DNA from: a bacterium | Lineage (GTDB): Bacteria > Hydrothermota > Tepidihabitantia > SM23-42 > JAOAFX01 | DNA: 64,000 bases | NCBI GenBank assembly: GCA_049700315.1 | Contig: JBNAVN010000003.1 | Location: forward strand, 8,724 to 72,723 | Direction of reading: 5' to 3' | Shown here: one piece after another, positions 49,650 through 58,234 of the stretch | How the letters are laid out: each line of letters begins with the position of its first letter | How positions within the stretch are numbered: position 1 is the first letter of the stretch | The notes under the pieces: generated by a model | The model's input: only the letters and a program-made list of their open reading frames with translations | What the model was told of the DNA's origin: nothing | Databases searched by the model: none | Program-made: the position numbers and the translations under genes

Positions 49650-49970
49650 TTATGTCCGTTTAGTTTTAGCAGCAATCCTCTTTCTTTCCTTAAATTTATC
49701 TTCATATTTCTGAAGTTGTCGCTCAGCCTTCTTTGTAATATCTATTATGCCCTGATAAATATCCTGGGTATTAACCTTACACAGAATTGTGGAATGTTTT
49801 ACAAGCAGTGCCAATTCAACAACACTGATTGACTTATCCTTTTCCAAAACCAAATGACCATTGATGATATGATGCTCAAACCTTTTTAGTTTTGCCAGTT
49901 TCTTACCGGCAAACTCGGTCAGCGCATCAGTTAACTCAAAATTCCTTGCTGATATCGTTATGTTCATCAT
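49650..49970 (-). CDS. hpf: Ribosome hibernation promoting factor (short HPF/RaiA type)
   Basis: MNITISARNFELTDALTEFAGKKLAKLKRF typical of the sigma-54 modulation protein/HPF family. 106 aa. Confidence 0.8.
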   Translation of the reverse strand: MMNITISARNFELTDALTEFAGKKLAKLKRFEHHIINGHLVLEKDKSISVVELALLVKHSTILCKVNTQDIYQGIIDITKKAERQLQKYEDKFKERKRIAAKTKRT

Positions 49971-49976
49971 ACCTCC

Positions 49977-50999
49977 TTATATTTTACATGCTTTCGGCAA
50001 AAATATCTTATGAAGATTTTTTTTAAGATTACCTTCAAAAAGATAGGAAGCAATTGCAATGCCGTTAGCCCCAGCATTCAAAACCTTCCTGTAGTTTTTG
50101 CTACTGATTCCGCCAATACCAATAACTGGAATACTCACTCTCTTGCTGATAAGTTTAATTAAGTTCAAACCACAAACCTGTGCATCATATTTTGTTGTGG
50201 TCGGGAAGACCGCACCAACTCCCAGATAGTCTGCGCCTGATTTCTCTGCACTCAGAGCTTCTTTCAAACTATGGGCTGAGGCACCAATTATGAACTTATC
50301 ACCCAAAATTTTCCTCGCACAACTAATTGGTAAATCGTCTTTGCCAAGGTGGACTCCATCGGCACCAACGCCCAAAGCAATATCAATACGGTCATTGATG
50401 ATGAATTTGAATTTTGCATTATTAATTCGTTTTCTGATCCTGATTGCATAATTATGAAAATCTCTGTCTGACAGAGTTTTTATTCTCAGTTGTAACATCG
50501 TTGCTCCTTCTTTCTGAAGGATGTCAATTACGGTCTCCAGACATATTTTGCAAAGATATTTCTCATCAATGATTGCACAAAGCCTCGGATCAAATTTCTT
50601 ATGCTTCTTTTCTATCAACAATTTTTCAAGATCATAAATTTCAAACCTTATTTTCTTAATATCTTTGCTGAGTTTTCTATTTTTCTTTCGCATGATCTCT
50701 TCAACTATTCTCGCTGATTCTTTTGCCCGGGTAAGATTTGCCATCAGAAGATCATTATCAGTGTAACGAGGAACTGTGTCAAATGCCGGTGCTCTACCAG
50801 GATCAACTTCACTCTTCCGATACCCTACCAGGTTGTAAATAGGTATGGCTTTTTTGATATCCAAAAAATCAGCTCGCACTTTTCTTATTTTACCGAGAAT
50901 TAATAGGTCCCCTGTTTCAAACCTGATATAGTCTTCAAGGAATTTTAAGGATTCAGTGAGTCTATTAAAGTTGACATCAAGAATACCTTCCCACGACAC
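49977..50999 (-). CDS. thiE: Thiamine-phosphate synthase (ThiE domain) with about 150-aa N-terminal extension of unknown function
   Basis: C-terminal ThiE/TenI motifs (LQLRIK, INDRIDIALGVGADGVHLG, GASAHS, GADYLGVG, VIGIGGI). N-terminal region has no recognised motifs. Confidence 0.65.
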   Translation of the reverse strand: MSWEGILDVNFNRLTESLKFLEDYIRFETGDLLILGKIRKVRADFLDIKKAIPIYNLVGYRKSEVDPGRAPAFDTVPRYTDNDLLMANLTRAKESARIVEEIMRKKNRKLSKDIKKIRFEIYDLEKLLIEKKHKKFDPRLCAIIDEKYLCKICLETVIDILQKEGATMLQLRIKTLSDRDFHNYAIRIRKRINNAKFKFIINDRIDIALGVGADGVHLGKDDLPISCARKILGDKFIIGASAHSLKEALSAEKSGADYLGVGAVFPTTTKYDAQVCGLNLIKLISKRVSIPVIGIGGISSKNYRKVLNAGANGIAIASYLFEGNLKKNLHKIFLPKACKI

Positions 51000-51078
51000 A
51001 ATAAATTATATTGAAATATGTTTAGCTGTCAACACTTTCAGATAATAACTGCTGAAGAAATCTCTGGAAATGATTAGT

Positions 51079-52374
51079 TTATTTGATAATTGAAATAAGA
51101 ATCAGAACCGCCATTACCGCCAGAATGATAGTAATGATAAAAACGAATTTGTTCAATTTTTTCGCATGAGACTCCTGATTGAGAAAATATTTTAATAGGC
51201 TATCACTGATATTCTGAATACCTACCTTTGTTTCATTCCCCACCTTCAGCAACGATGTAGTTGCCTGACGATTTTCGTCAACTTTTGCACAAACATTCTG
51301 ACTCGTTGATTCATAACAAACACTTAGCTCTTTCAAATCACTCAACATTTTCTGATTAACGGACTGGAACTGGTTACCAATGTGTTCAAGATTCTTTGTA
51401 ATTTCTTGAACAATCAGTTTTTGATTGCTGTTAATGCTGGCAATTGATTGATTTAACTGTATAACCACTTTTTCTATACCCTCAACATTCTTTCTTGAAC
51501 CTGTCTGCAATTCACTGACCGTTTTCTGCAGATTTTCAAGACTGGTGTGCAATGATTTATGGATCAAACTGATTGCTTCTCTTTGCTGCTGGGAAAAAAC
51601 CGACAAAGATTTGTCTATGGCAATAACCACTTCATCAATCCTCATTGCACGACGCAAGTCTTCAAGCACTTTCTGTAAATCACCGGTCAGTCTTTCCATA
51701 CGGTCTATAGATTCAGCATCAATAGAGCTCATGAATTTCTGGGCAGAAGCGCTCCTTTCAGGCTCTTTATCAAGTATCACCGAATGAAGTTCAGATATTT
51801 CAGTTTTTAAATCAGGCACTTTTTCCACAGGTATTTCACTTATCTCTTGCTTAACCTCCTCTGCTTTTTTCTTTTCGCCAAATGTATCATAAATCGTAAC
51901 CATCTTGTCCGCCATTGTGCGATCGCTAACCTTCAGGTTTTTTAACATTTCCATTGCCTTCATTACTTCTTTCTTGTTACCAGCAGACATCTGCCTTTCA
52001 ATGTAAGAAAAAAGATACATTGCCGCATCACTCTTTTCGTCCAGTTCTATGAGTAGTTGGGCAATCGTAAGATTTACATCTATGTTGCCAGGATCATAAC
52101 GCATAATCTTTTTACAAAGAGCAAGGGCATTGCGCAGAAAATTGTCATTTTTAAATGCCTCAATACCCTTTTGATACACAGACAAGGCATCTTTTGGTCT
52201 ATTCATTTTTATATACAGATCGCCAAGCCGATTGAAAAGATTACCATCATTGGGATTCAATTTTATTGCCCGCTCCAGAATAATAATGGCTTCTTTAAAC
52301 TTTCCAGCCATTTCAAGATTGGTGGCATTCTTCAGAAATTCCTTTATATCATCCGATTTTTTTTCTGGAATCAT
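51079..52374 (-). CDS. TPR plus coiled-coil protein with C-terminal TM anchor
   Basis: N-terminal TPR repeats. Long heptad-repeat region. C-terminal hydrophobic helix FVFIITIILAVMAVLILISII. Confidence 0.45.
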   Translation of the reverse strand: MIPEKKSDDIKEFLKNATNLEMAGKFKEAIIILERAIKLNPNDGNLFNRLGDLYIKMNRPKDALSVYQKGIEAFKNDNFLRNALALCKKIMRYDPGNIDVNLTIAQLLIELDEKSDAAMYLFSYIERQMSAGNKKEVMKAMEMLKNLKVSDRTMADKMVTIYDTFGEKKKAEEVKQEISEIPVEKVPDLKTEISELHSVILDKEPERSASAQKFMSSIDAESIDRMERLTGDLQKVLEDLRRAMRIDEVVIAIDKSLSVFSQQQREAISLIHKSLHTSLENLQKTVSELQTGSRKNVEGIEKVVIQLNQSIASINSNQKLIVQEITKNLEHIGNQFQSVNQKMLSDLKELSVCYESTSQNVCAKVDENRQATTSLLKVGNETKVGIQNISDSLLKYFLNQESHAKKLNKFVFIITIILAVMAVLILISIIK

Positions 52375-52392
52375 AATTGCACATCCTTATAA

Positions 52393-52428
52393 AATGTGGA
52401 GCCTGGTTGTACCCAGGCTCCACATCTG
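52393..52428 (-). terminator. Rho-independent terminator downstream of csp
   Basis: TGTGGAGCCTGGgttgtaCCCAGGCTCCACA perfect stem. On the minus strand it is followed by TTTTAT. Confidence 0.5.
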
Positions 52429-52443
52429 GATTCATTGAATCCA

Positions 52444-52695
52444 TTATTCATTTGCAGTGCGTTCGACCTTAATGGCTTTGTCTCCTTTCGGAGTTTGCGT
52501 AATCTCAAACTTAACTCGTTCGCCTTCTCTAAGGACCCGATAACCTTCGCCCACAATATCCTGATAATGAACAAAGACATCACCGGTTCCATCTTCTTTT
52601 TCTATGAAACCATAGCCCTTCTTACCATCGAACCACTTTACTTTTCCGTAGACCAAATTTCCTCCTTTCGAGCCTTCATCGCCCTTGAAATTCAT
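52444..52695 (-). CDS. Cold-shock protein (CspA family) with short N-terminal extension
   Basis: GKVKWFDGKKGYGFI (RNP1-like) and VFVHY (RNP2-like) motifs. ATG at 52695 preceded by AGAGG. Own TTGACA-N16-TATAAT promoter at 52727-52754 (minus strand). Confidence 0.8.
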   Translation of the reverse strand: MNFKGDEGSKGGNLVYGKVKWFDGKKGYGFIEKEDGTGDVFVHYQDIVGEGYRVLREGERVKFEITQTPKGDKAIKVERTANE

Positions 52696-52726
52696 AAGGG
52701 CAACCTCTACGGTCAAAGCTTATTAT

Positions 52727-52754
52727 ATTATATTTATTTTATGAAGTATGTCAA
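52727..52754 (-). promoter_or_regulatory. Consensus sigma70-type promoter for csp
   Basis: Minus strand reads TTGACAtacttcataaaataaaTATAAT. Confidence 0.5.
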
Positions 52755-52776
52755 GAGCAGAATTTATTAAATAAAA

Positions 52777-52812
52777 AAGAGGGAGGCATTTACCTCCCTC
52801 TTTTTACTCTAT
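52777..52812. terminator. Bidirectional rho-independent terminator
   Basis: AAAAAGAGGGAGGcatttaCCTCCCTCTTTTT: perfect 13-bp stem flanked by A-run and T-run. Confidence 0.6.
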
Positions 52813-52813
52813 G

Positions 52814-52870
52814 TTACTTTTTTTTCTTCTTACCCTTCTTTTTAGTTTTCTTTGCCTTGCACTTTGGCAT
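52814..52870 (-). CDS. 18-codon polybasic mini-ORF (MPKCKAKKTKKKGKKKKK)
   Basis: Minus strand: consensus promoter, GGAGG 4 nt before ATG, 13 Lys of 18 residues, TAA stop abutting the bidirectional terminator. Not in the ORF track because it is under 60 aa. Confidence 0.45.
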   Translation of the reverse strand: MPKCKAKKTKKKGKKKKK

Positions 52871-52892
52871 TATGCCTCCTTTTTATTTCTTA

Positions 52893-52920
52893 ATTATATT
52901 CATTATTTCAATTTTGTCAA
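52893..52920 (-). promoter_or_regulatory. Consensus sigma70-type promoter for the polylysine mini-ORF
   Basis: Minus strand reads TTGACAaaattgaaataatgaaTATAAT, 15 nt before GGAGG. Confidence 0.5.
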
Positions 52921-53043
52921 TAGTCGCATGCGATATATGAATCATTATCTCTTGATTTCTGAAAATGTAGTAACAATCATAGATTTATTTCACGCAACAA
53001 TGATTACAATAGACAAATTGATGTACCAAATAGAAACTCTGTA

Positions 53044-53071
53044 TTGACATAGTCAATAATCAGAATATAAT
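53044..53071 (+). promoter_or_regulatory. Consensus sigma70-type promoter for the GYD-ferredoxin-agmatinase-peptidase operon
   Basis: TTGACAtagtcaataatcagaaTATAAT followed by AAGGAG and ATG at 53088. Confidence 0.5.
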
Positions 53072-53087
53072 CACCAAAAGGAGTTTT

Positions 53088-53384
53088 ATGGCAACCTATA
53101 TCTTAGCGACAAAACTCTCTCCAGAATTGACCAGGGATTTGAGAAAAAGGGCTGAAATCGGTCGACAATGGATGGGAAGAGTGAAAAAAGATTGTCCTGA
53201 GGTAAAATTTCTTGCTCACTATGCACTCTTAGGACCTTATGATTTTCTGGACATCTATGAGGCACCCGATGAAGAAACTGCAGCCAAGGTTTCTATGATC
53301 AGTCTTTCCGGGGGTGCAATTTCCGCTGAATCATGGACTGCAATTCCTTATAAGAAATTTCTCGAATTGATAAAAGATTTGTAG
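53088..53384 (+). CDS. GYD domain protein
   Basis: HYALLGPYDFLDIYEAPDEETAAKVSM matches the GYD family signature. 98 aa. Confidence 0.65.
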   Translation: MATYILATKLSPELTRDLRKRAEIGRQWMGRVKKDCPEVKFLAHYALLGPYDFLDIYEAPDEETAAKVSMISLSGGAISAESWTAIPYKKFLELIKDL

Positions 53385-53389
53385 AAGTA

Positions 53390-54106
53390 ATGGAAGATCT
53401 GATCTGTATCTTAAGATGCAAAGGCGGTCTGAACGCCCGTAACCTCTTTGTATACAAAGGTCCCAGAGATTGTTGGTTGAACTGGACACTTTTCGGTGGC
53501 AATAAAGAGTGTTATTACGGTTGTATTGGAGATGGAAATTGTGCTGAAATATGCCCACAAAAGGCAATAACCATGGACAATGACCACCTGCCAATTATCA
53601 ACTCAGATAGGTGCGATGGCTGCGGTGTCTGCGTGAAAGAATGTCCCAGGAATGTTTTAGAATTGATTCCCAGATCTCAATTGATATATCTTGCCTGCAA
53701 ATTATTAGATGGAAAAGAGAACTCAAAACACATCTGCAAAATGGCTTGCTCGGGCTGCAATATATGCGTTGATATTTGCCCTTATGAAGGAGCAATTGAA
53801 ATAGAAAATGCTCTGCCTAAGATAAATTATGATAAATGCAATTCTTGTGGTATGTGTTTTCGCAAGTGTCCTGCAAATTGTTTTATTGACCGTGCCGTAG
53901 CAAGACCTTACGGAATCATTTCAATGAAATGCGATGGCTGTGGTGAATGCGCCAAGGTCTGTAAGTTTGATGCAATTACCGGGGAACTAAATCAAAGACA
54001 TATTATTGACAAAGAAAAATGCATTGGATGTGGCAGATGTTTTGAGGCTTGTCCAATAAGGGCAATTACAATGGTTGGTGCACTTGGTTATACAAAGGTT
54101 GCTTGA
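53390..54106 (+). CDS. Polyferredoxin (six 4Fe-4S cluster motifs)
   Basis: Six CxxCxxCxxxCP-type motifs (CAEICP, CDGCGVCVKECP, CSGCNICVDICP, CNSCGMCFRKCP, CDGCGECAKVCK, CIGCGRCFEACP). Confidence 0.75.
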   Translation: MEDLICILRCKGGLNARNLFVYKGPRDCWLNWTLFGGNKECYYGCIGDGNCAEICPQKAITMDNDHLPIINSDRCDGCGVCVKECPRNVLELIPRSQLIYLACKLLDGKENSKHICKMACSGCNICVDICPYEGAIEIENALPKINYDKCNSCGMCFRKCPANCFIDRAVARPYGIISMKCDGCGECAKVCKFDAITGELNQRHIIDKEKCIGCGRCFEACPIRAITMVGALGYTKVA

Positions 54107-54127
54107 AGATTTAAACAGGAAGGAGTT

Positions 54128-54940
54128 ATGATTATTGAATATGCCAATTCAAAGCTTAGCCAGGCAGATATTGTAATCATCGGTTTTCCTTACGACCGAA
54201 CCTCTTCATTTATTCCTGGCTCAAGATTTGGACCGCGATATATAAGGATGTGCACAGAAAATATTGAATGGTTTTCACCATATCAGAATCACTCAGTAGA
54301 ATCTGTGAAGATTGCAGACCTTGATGATTATGAATTTAAGACTGATGATCAGTTAAAAGAGATGGAAGAAAAGGCATTTGAATTGTATAAAAAGGGTAAG
54401 AGAGTTATATTCCTGGGTGGTGAGCATACAATCTCTTTTCCAATAGTGAAGGGGATAAACAGGGTAATCAAGAAATTTTCAATTATACATTTTGATGCCC
54501 ATGCTGATCTAAGAGATGATTATCATGGCGAAAAGATAAGTCACGCAGCAGCCTTACGAAGGGCAAGTGATGTTGTGGGATTAGAGAACATTTATCAATT
54601 CGGAATTCGCTCTGGCACCGAAGTTGAATTTTCTCTAAATAAGAATCTATTTCGATTTTCAGCATACCAACCACTGAAACAAATAATAGATAGAATTACT
54701 ACGCCAGTCTATGTAACGATTGATGTAGATGTCCTTGACCCTTCGGTATTGCCAGCCGTGGCAACCCCAGAACCAAATGGCATAACTTTCAAAGAATTGC
54801 TTGATTGTCTGTTGCTCTTAAAAGATAAAGAGATCATTGGGGCAGATATTGTGGAATACAATCCTCTGGCAGCATCACCCTATGCCTCTGGTTCAACTGT
54901 TGCGGAGATACTGAGAGAATTGATATTAATAATGAAATGA
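54128..54940 (+). CDS. Agmatinase/ureohydrolase family protein (arginase fold)
   Basis: Mn-binding motifs HFDAHADL, DVDVLDP, SGGEH-like GGEHTIS. 270 aa. Confidence 0.75.
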   Translation: MIIEYANSKLSQADIVIIGFPYDRTSSFIPGSRFGPRYIRMCTENIEWFSPYQNHSVESVKIADLDDYEFKTDDQLKEMEEKAFELYKKGKRVIFLGGEHTISFPIVKGINRVIKKFSIIHFDAHADLRDDYHGEKISHAAALRRASDVVGLENIYQFGIRSGTEVEFSLNKNLFRFSAYQPLKQIIDRITTPVYVTIDVDVLDPSVLPAVATPEPNGITFKELLDCLLLLKDKEIIGADIVEYNPLAASPYASGSTVAEILRELILIMK

Positions 54941-54976
54941 ACTTGTAGGTTTTAGACATCACAGTCAGGAGGTCTT

Positions 54977-56827
54977 ATGACATTTTTGTTGATATTGTTA
55001 TCAAATCAGGAATTTTTTGGCTTGGACAATAAACAGGTATTTTGTCCTGAACCGGTTTATGCGGAATCAACTCATTCATACAATGTGCTACATTATTTCA
55101 TTGACCTTGATCTACCAATGACATCAAGATATCTATCTGGCGCAGTCACGATTGCCATGCGCAGTAATATAAACAATCTGAATATAATTGACCTTTATCT
55201 TGCAGGATTGAATGTTGATTCCATAAAAGTTGATGGAGTAACATCAACCTACACTCATACTGGAGATACACTACTTGTTAACTTACCAGTTCCCTATAAT
55301 CAGGGCGACTCATTCAATGTAAAAGTTGGCTACAGTGGAACCGCATCAGGCAATATGGGCTATCTGTATTATCAAAGTCTGCATCCAATATCATATACCC
55401 TGGGATGTCCTTTTTCAGAAAAACGGTGGTTCCCATGTTATGACCGTCTATGGGATAAGGCAGACTACGGTGTTGAATTTTACATTACTGTCCCAGATTC
55501 ATTCACAGTCTGTGCGACTGGTGAATATCTGGGTAAAGATGTGTCTCAGGGTTACGCAACTTATCATTGGAAACACAATTATCCTGTTTCCCCATATTTA
55601 ATTCATTTTGCATCAAGTATTTATACAACATATTCAGATTGGTATTATCCAGCACCAGGTGAAAGTGTGGAAGTGAAATACTATTTCTGGCCCAATGATA
55701 GTATTGCCGCAGCAAACGCATTCTCGTTAACAACTAACATGCTCTTTTTCTATGATTCATTGTTTGGTGATTATCCATTTGAACGGTATGGAATGAATGT
55801 AGTTAATCCGTTTGCCTATGGTGGTATGGAACATCAAACAATGAGCACAATCCACAGACAATGGCTTATCAATAATGACTATTATGGTATGGCACATGAA
55901 TTGTCCCATCAATGGTGGGGCGATATGATAACCTGTTTTGGCTGGCAAAATGTCTGGCTTAATGAAGGTTTTGCTACATACTGCGATGCACTCTACAAAG
56001 AATACAGAGAAGGACACAATGCATTCATAAATTTGATGCTCTCCCGGTTGAACGCATACTTTAGTGCAGAAAATTCAACGCCTCATCCAATCTACAATCC
56101 ACCATCTAACTTAATATTTGAATGGGGACACAGTTATTGCAAGGGTTCCTGGGTATTACACATGATCCGTTATCTTTGTGGTAACGACAGCATTTGGTTG
56201 AACCTTATGTCAACTTATCGTGATTCATTCGCCTATAAAAATGCCTCAACCGATGATTTGAATATGATAATGAATCAGGTTTTAAACAGCAATTATGATT
56301 GGTTTTTTGATGAATGGGTTTATAATATGGGTTATCCATACTACAGTATTGTATGGGGTAAAACATATGAACCGCCAAACTGGCGCCTTGTGCTTGATAT
56401 CACCCAGATTCAGACAATCGGACCCGCAGTATTTCATATGCCTCTACCCATCAGTATTTATTTTTCAAGCGCGGATACAATCGTTGTTCTCCAGATAAAT
56501 CAGTCTCCCCAGCACTTTGAGATTGTTCTAAATCAAGAACCAACCGCCATTGTTGTTGACCCTGAACATTGGTTAATTCAGAAGAATTTAGTCACGGGTA
56601 TAGAAGAATATGAATCTACGAACTGGTTTGGTGATTTGACCGTTTCCTCAATCAATAAAGAAATAAAAATGAAATTTCTTGATCCTCAGCGTATCAAAAT
56701 CTATGATGTTACAGGAAGGTGTGTTTTGGAAAGGCTTACAAGAAAATTAGATTTTACTCCTGCCAATGCGGGTGTTTACTATGTAAATATTGATAGAATT
56801 TTTAAGAAAATAATAATCGTGAAGTGA
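54977..56827 (+). CDS. M1-family zinc aminopeptidase with C-terminal T9SS-type sorting domain
   Basis: HELSHQWWG plus WLNEGFATY (HExxH-x18-E). GAMEN-like GGMEH. C-terminal beta-rich IYDVTGRCV...AGVYYVNI resembling Por secretion CTD. Confidence 0.7.
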   Translation: MTFLLILLSNQEFFGLDNKQVFCPEPVYAESTHSYNVLHYFIDLDLPMTSRYLSGAVTIAMRSNINNLNIIDLYLAGLNVDSIKVDGVTSTYTHTGDTLLVNLPVPYNQGDSFNVKVGYSGTASGNMGYLYYQSLHPISYTLGCPFSEKRWFPCYDRLWDKADYGVEFYITVPDSFTVCATGEYLGKDVSQGYATYHWKHNYPVSPYLIHFASSIYTTYSDWYYPAPGESVEVKYYFWPNDSIAAANAFSLTTNMLFFYDSLFGDYPFERYGMNVVNPFAYGGMEHQTMSTIHRQWLINNDYYGMAHELSHQWWGDMITCFGWQNVWLNEGFATYCDALYKEYREGHNAFINLMLSRLNAYFSAENSTPHPIYNPPSNLIFEWGHSYCKGSWVLHMIRYLCGNDSIWLNLMSTYRDSFAYKNASTDDLNMIMNQVLNSNYDWFFDEWVYNMGYPYYSIVWGKTYEPPNWRLVLDITQIQTIGPAVFHMPLPISIYFSSADTIVVLQINQSPQHFEIVLNQEPTAIVVDPEHWLIQKNLVTGIEEYESTNWFGDLTVSSINKEIKMKFLDPQRIKIYDVTGRCVLERLTRKLDFTPANAGVYYVNIDRIFKKIIIVK

Positions 56828-56839
56828 TGTCTGTATTAT

Positions 56840-57385
56840 TTATTGGATTTTTTGTGCTGCAGTAATACCGGCGCGAAATGCCTTGACATTGAGTTCTTCT
56901 GTTCCTTTTGGTACCCGAGATAAGATAGCGGATTCCACTGCTTCTTTTGATACTACCCCGGCCAATTCTGTAATTACTCCTAAGGCAACAATATTGGCAA
57001 CAAGTGTTTTCCCCACTTGGTTTTCAGCAATTTCTGTGATGGGTAAAGAATAAATCTTGAATTTTCCTTCTGGACATTTAGTCACATAACCTGAATCAAT
57101 CAAAATAATCCCATTTTCCTTAACATCACGGGCATATTTGTCACATGCCTCCTGAGTAAAGGCAAGCAGAAAATCAATATTAACCGCTTTTGGGTAATCA
57201 ATGTCTTCATCACTGATAATTACCTCAGAGCGACTTGAACCACCCCTTGCCTCAGGTCCATAAGATTGACTCTGAGTAGCATTCTTGCCATCATATATTG
57301 CTGCAGCCTCAGCAAGAATCTTACCGGCAAGAATCAATCCCTGACCACCAGAACCACTTAATCTGATTTCATAACGAAAAGACAC
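56840..57385 (-). CDS. 2-oxoacid:ferredoxin oxidoreductase gamma subunit
   Basis: RLSGSGGQGLILAGKILA N-terminus typical of POR/KOR gamma. 181 aa. Confidence 0.75.
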   Translation of the reverse strand: MSFRYEIRLSGSGGQGLILAGKILAEAAAIYDGKNATQSQSYGPEARGGSSRSEVIISDEDIDYPKAVNIDFLLAFTQEACDKYARDVKENGIILIDSGYVTKCPEGKFKIYSLPITEIAENQVGKTLVANIVALGVITELAGVVSKEAVESAILSRVPKGTEELNVKAFRAGITAAQKIQ

Positions 57386-57421
57386 GGCACCTCCCTTTCA
57401 ATTTTCTAATACCTTGTTGCA

Positions 57422-58234
57422 CTATTCCTTCCTGACCCTTTCCACCAATTTCTGATATTCTTCACAAAATTCAGGTCTCTCAATATCATGAAGCACACCC
57501 ACTGTGATCTTACCCCGCTTTTCTGCATCAGGTAATTTTCGTGCGGTTTCTACAGGAATACTGTTTTCCTTATAGTATTTAAGCATATCAACAGCGTTGC
57601 CAAGACGATTTGGCCTGCCATAATATGTTGGACAGGGTGACAATACTTCAATCAAAGAAAATCCCTTTTTCTGTAATGCCTTTTCTATCAGTTTGTCAAG
57701 TTGAGTTGCATGATAACAGGTAGAACGGGCAACAAATGAAGCACCTGCAGCAATTGCCAGAACAGAGATATCAAAATCTGGTTCTGTGCTACCGTATGGC
57801 GCAGTGCTTGCTCTTTTACCAAACGGGGTTGTCGGCGAAACCTGCCCTCCAGTCATTCCATAAATGTGATTATTGTATAATAAGACAGTCATATCAAGAT
57901 TTCTACGCGCTGCATGGATAAAATGATTGCCACCAATGGCAGTTGCATCACCATCACCGGTTACAACTATGACCTTAAGTTTTGGTTTGGCAAGTTTCAA
58001 CCCGGTTGCAAAAGCAATTGCCCTACCATGGTGTGTATGTAAAGTATTAAAATCCATATAACCCGGTGTTCGGGAAGAACAACCAATACCAGAAACAATC
58101 GCCACATCATCCTTCTGGATTTTTGCACGGTCTATAGCCCTGAGCATTGCCTTCATTATTATACCACAGCCACAACCCGTGCACCAGATATGAGGGAATT
58201 TATCAATCCTTAAATATTTCTTATAAGGAAACAT
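57422..58234 (-). CDS. 2-oxoacid:ferredoxin oxidoreductase beta subunit (TPP-binding)
   Basis: WCTGCGCGI N-terminal Cys motif. GDGDATAIGGNHFIHAARRN TPP-binding motif. Confidence 0.85.
   Translation of the reverse strand: MFPYKKYLRIDKFPHIWCTGCGCGIIMKAMLRAIDRAKIQKDDVAIVSGIGCSSRTPGYMDFNTLHTHHGRAIAFATGLKLAKPKLKVIVVTGDGDATAIGGNHFIHAARRNLDMTVLLYNNHIYGMTGGQVSPTTPFGKRASTAPYGSTEPDFDISVLAIAAGASFVARSTCYHATQLDKLIEKALQKKGFSLIEVLSPCPTYYGRPNRLGNAVDMLKYYKENSIPVETARKLPDAEKRGKITVGVLHDIERPEFCEEYQKLVERVRKE

Noticed and set aside
51000-51078. TPP riboswitch upstream of thiE
   Set aside because: Only 79 nt available and no CUGAGA / ACCUGAUCUGGAUAAUGCCAGCG cores on the minus strand.
52777-52870. Mini-ORF plus terminator acting as a leader-peptide attenuator controlling csp
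   Set aside because: csp has its own complete TTGACA-N16-TATAAT promoter between the terminator and its start. Independent transcription units are therefore more parsimonious, although read-through regulation is not excluded.
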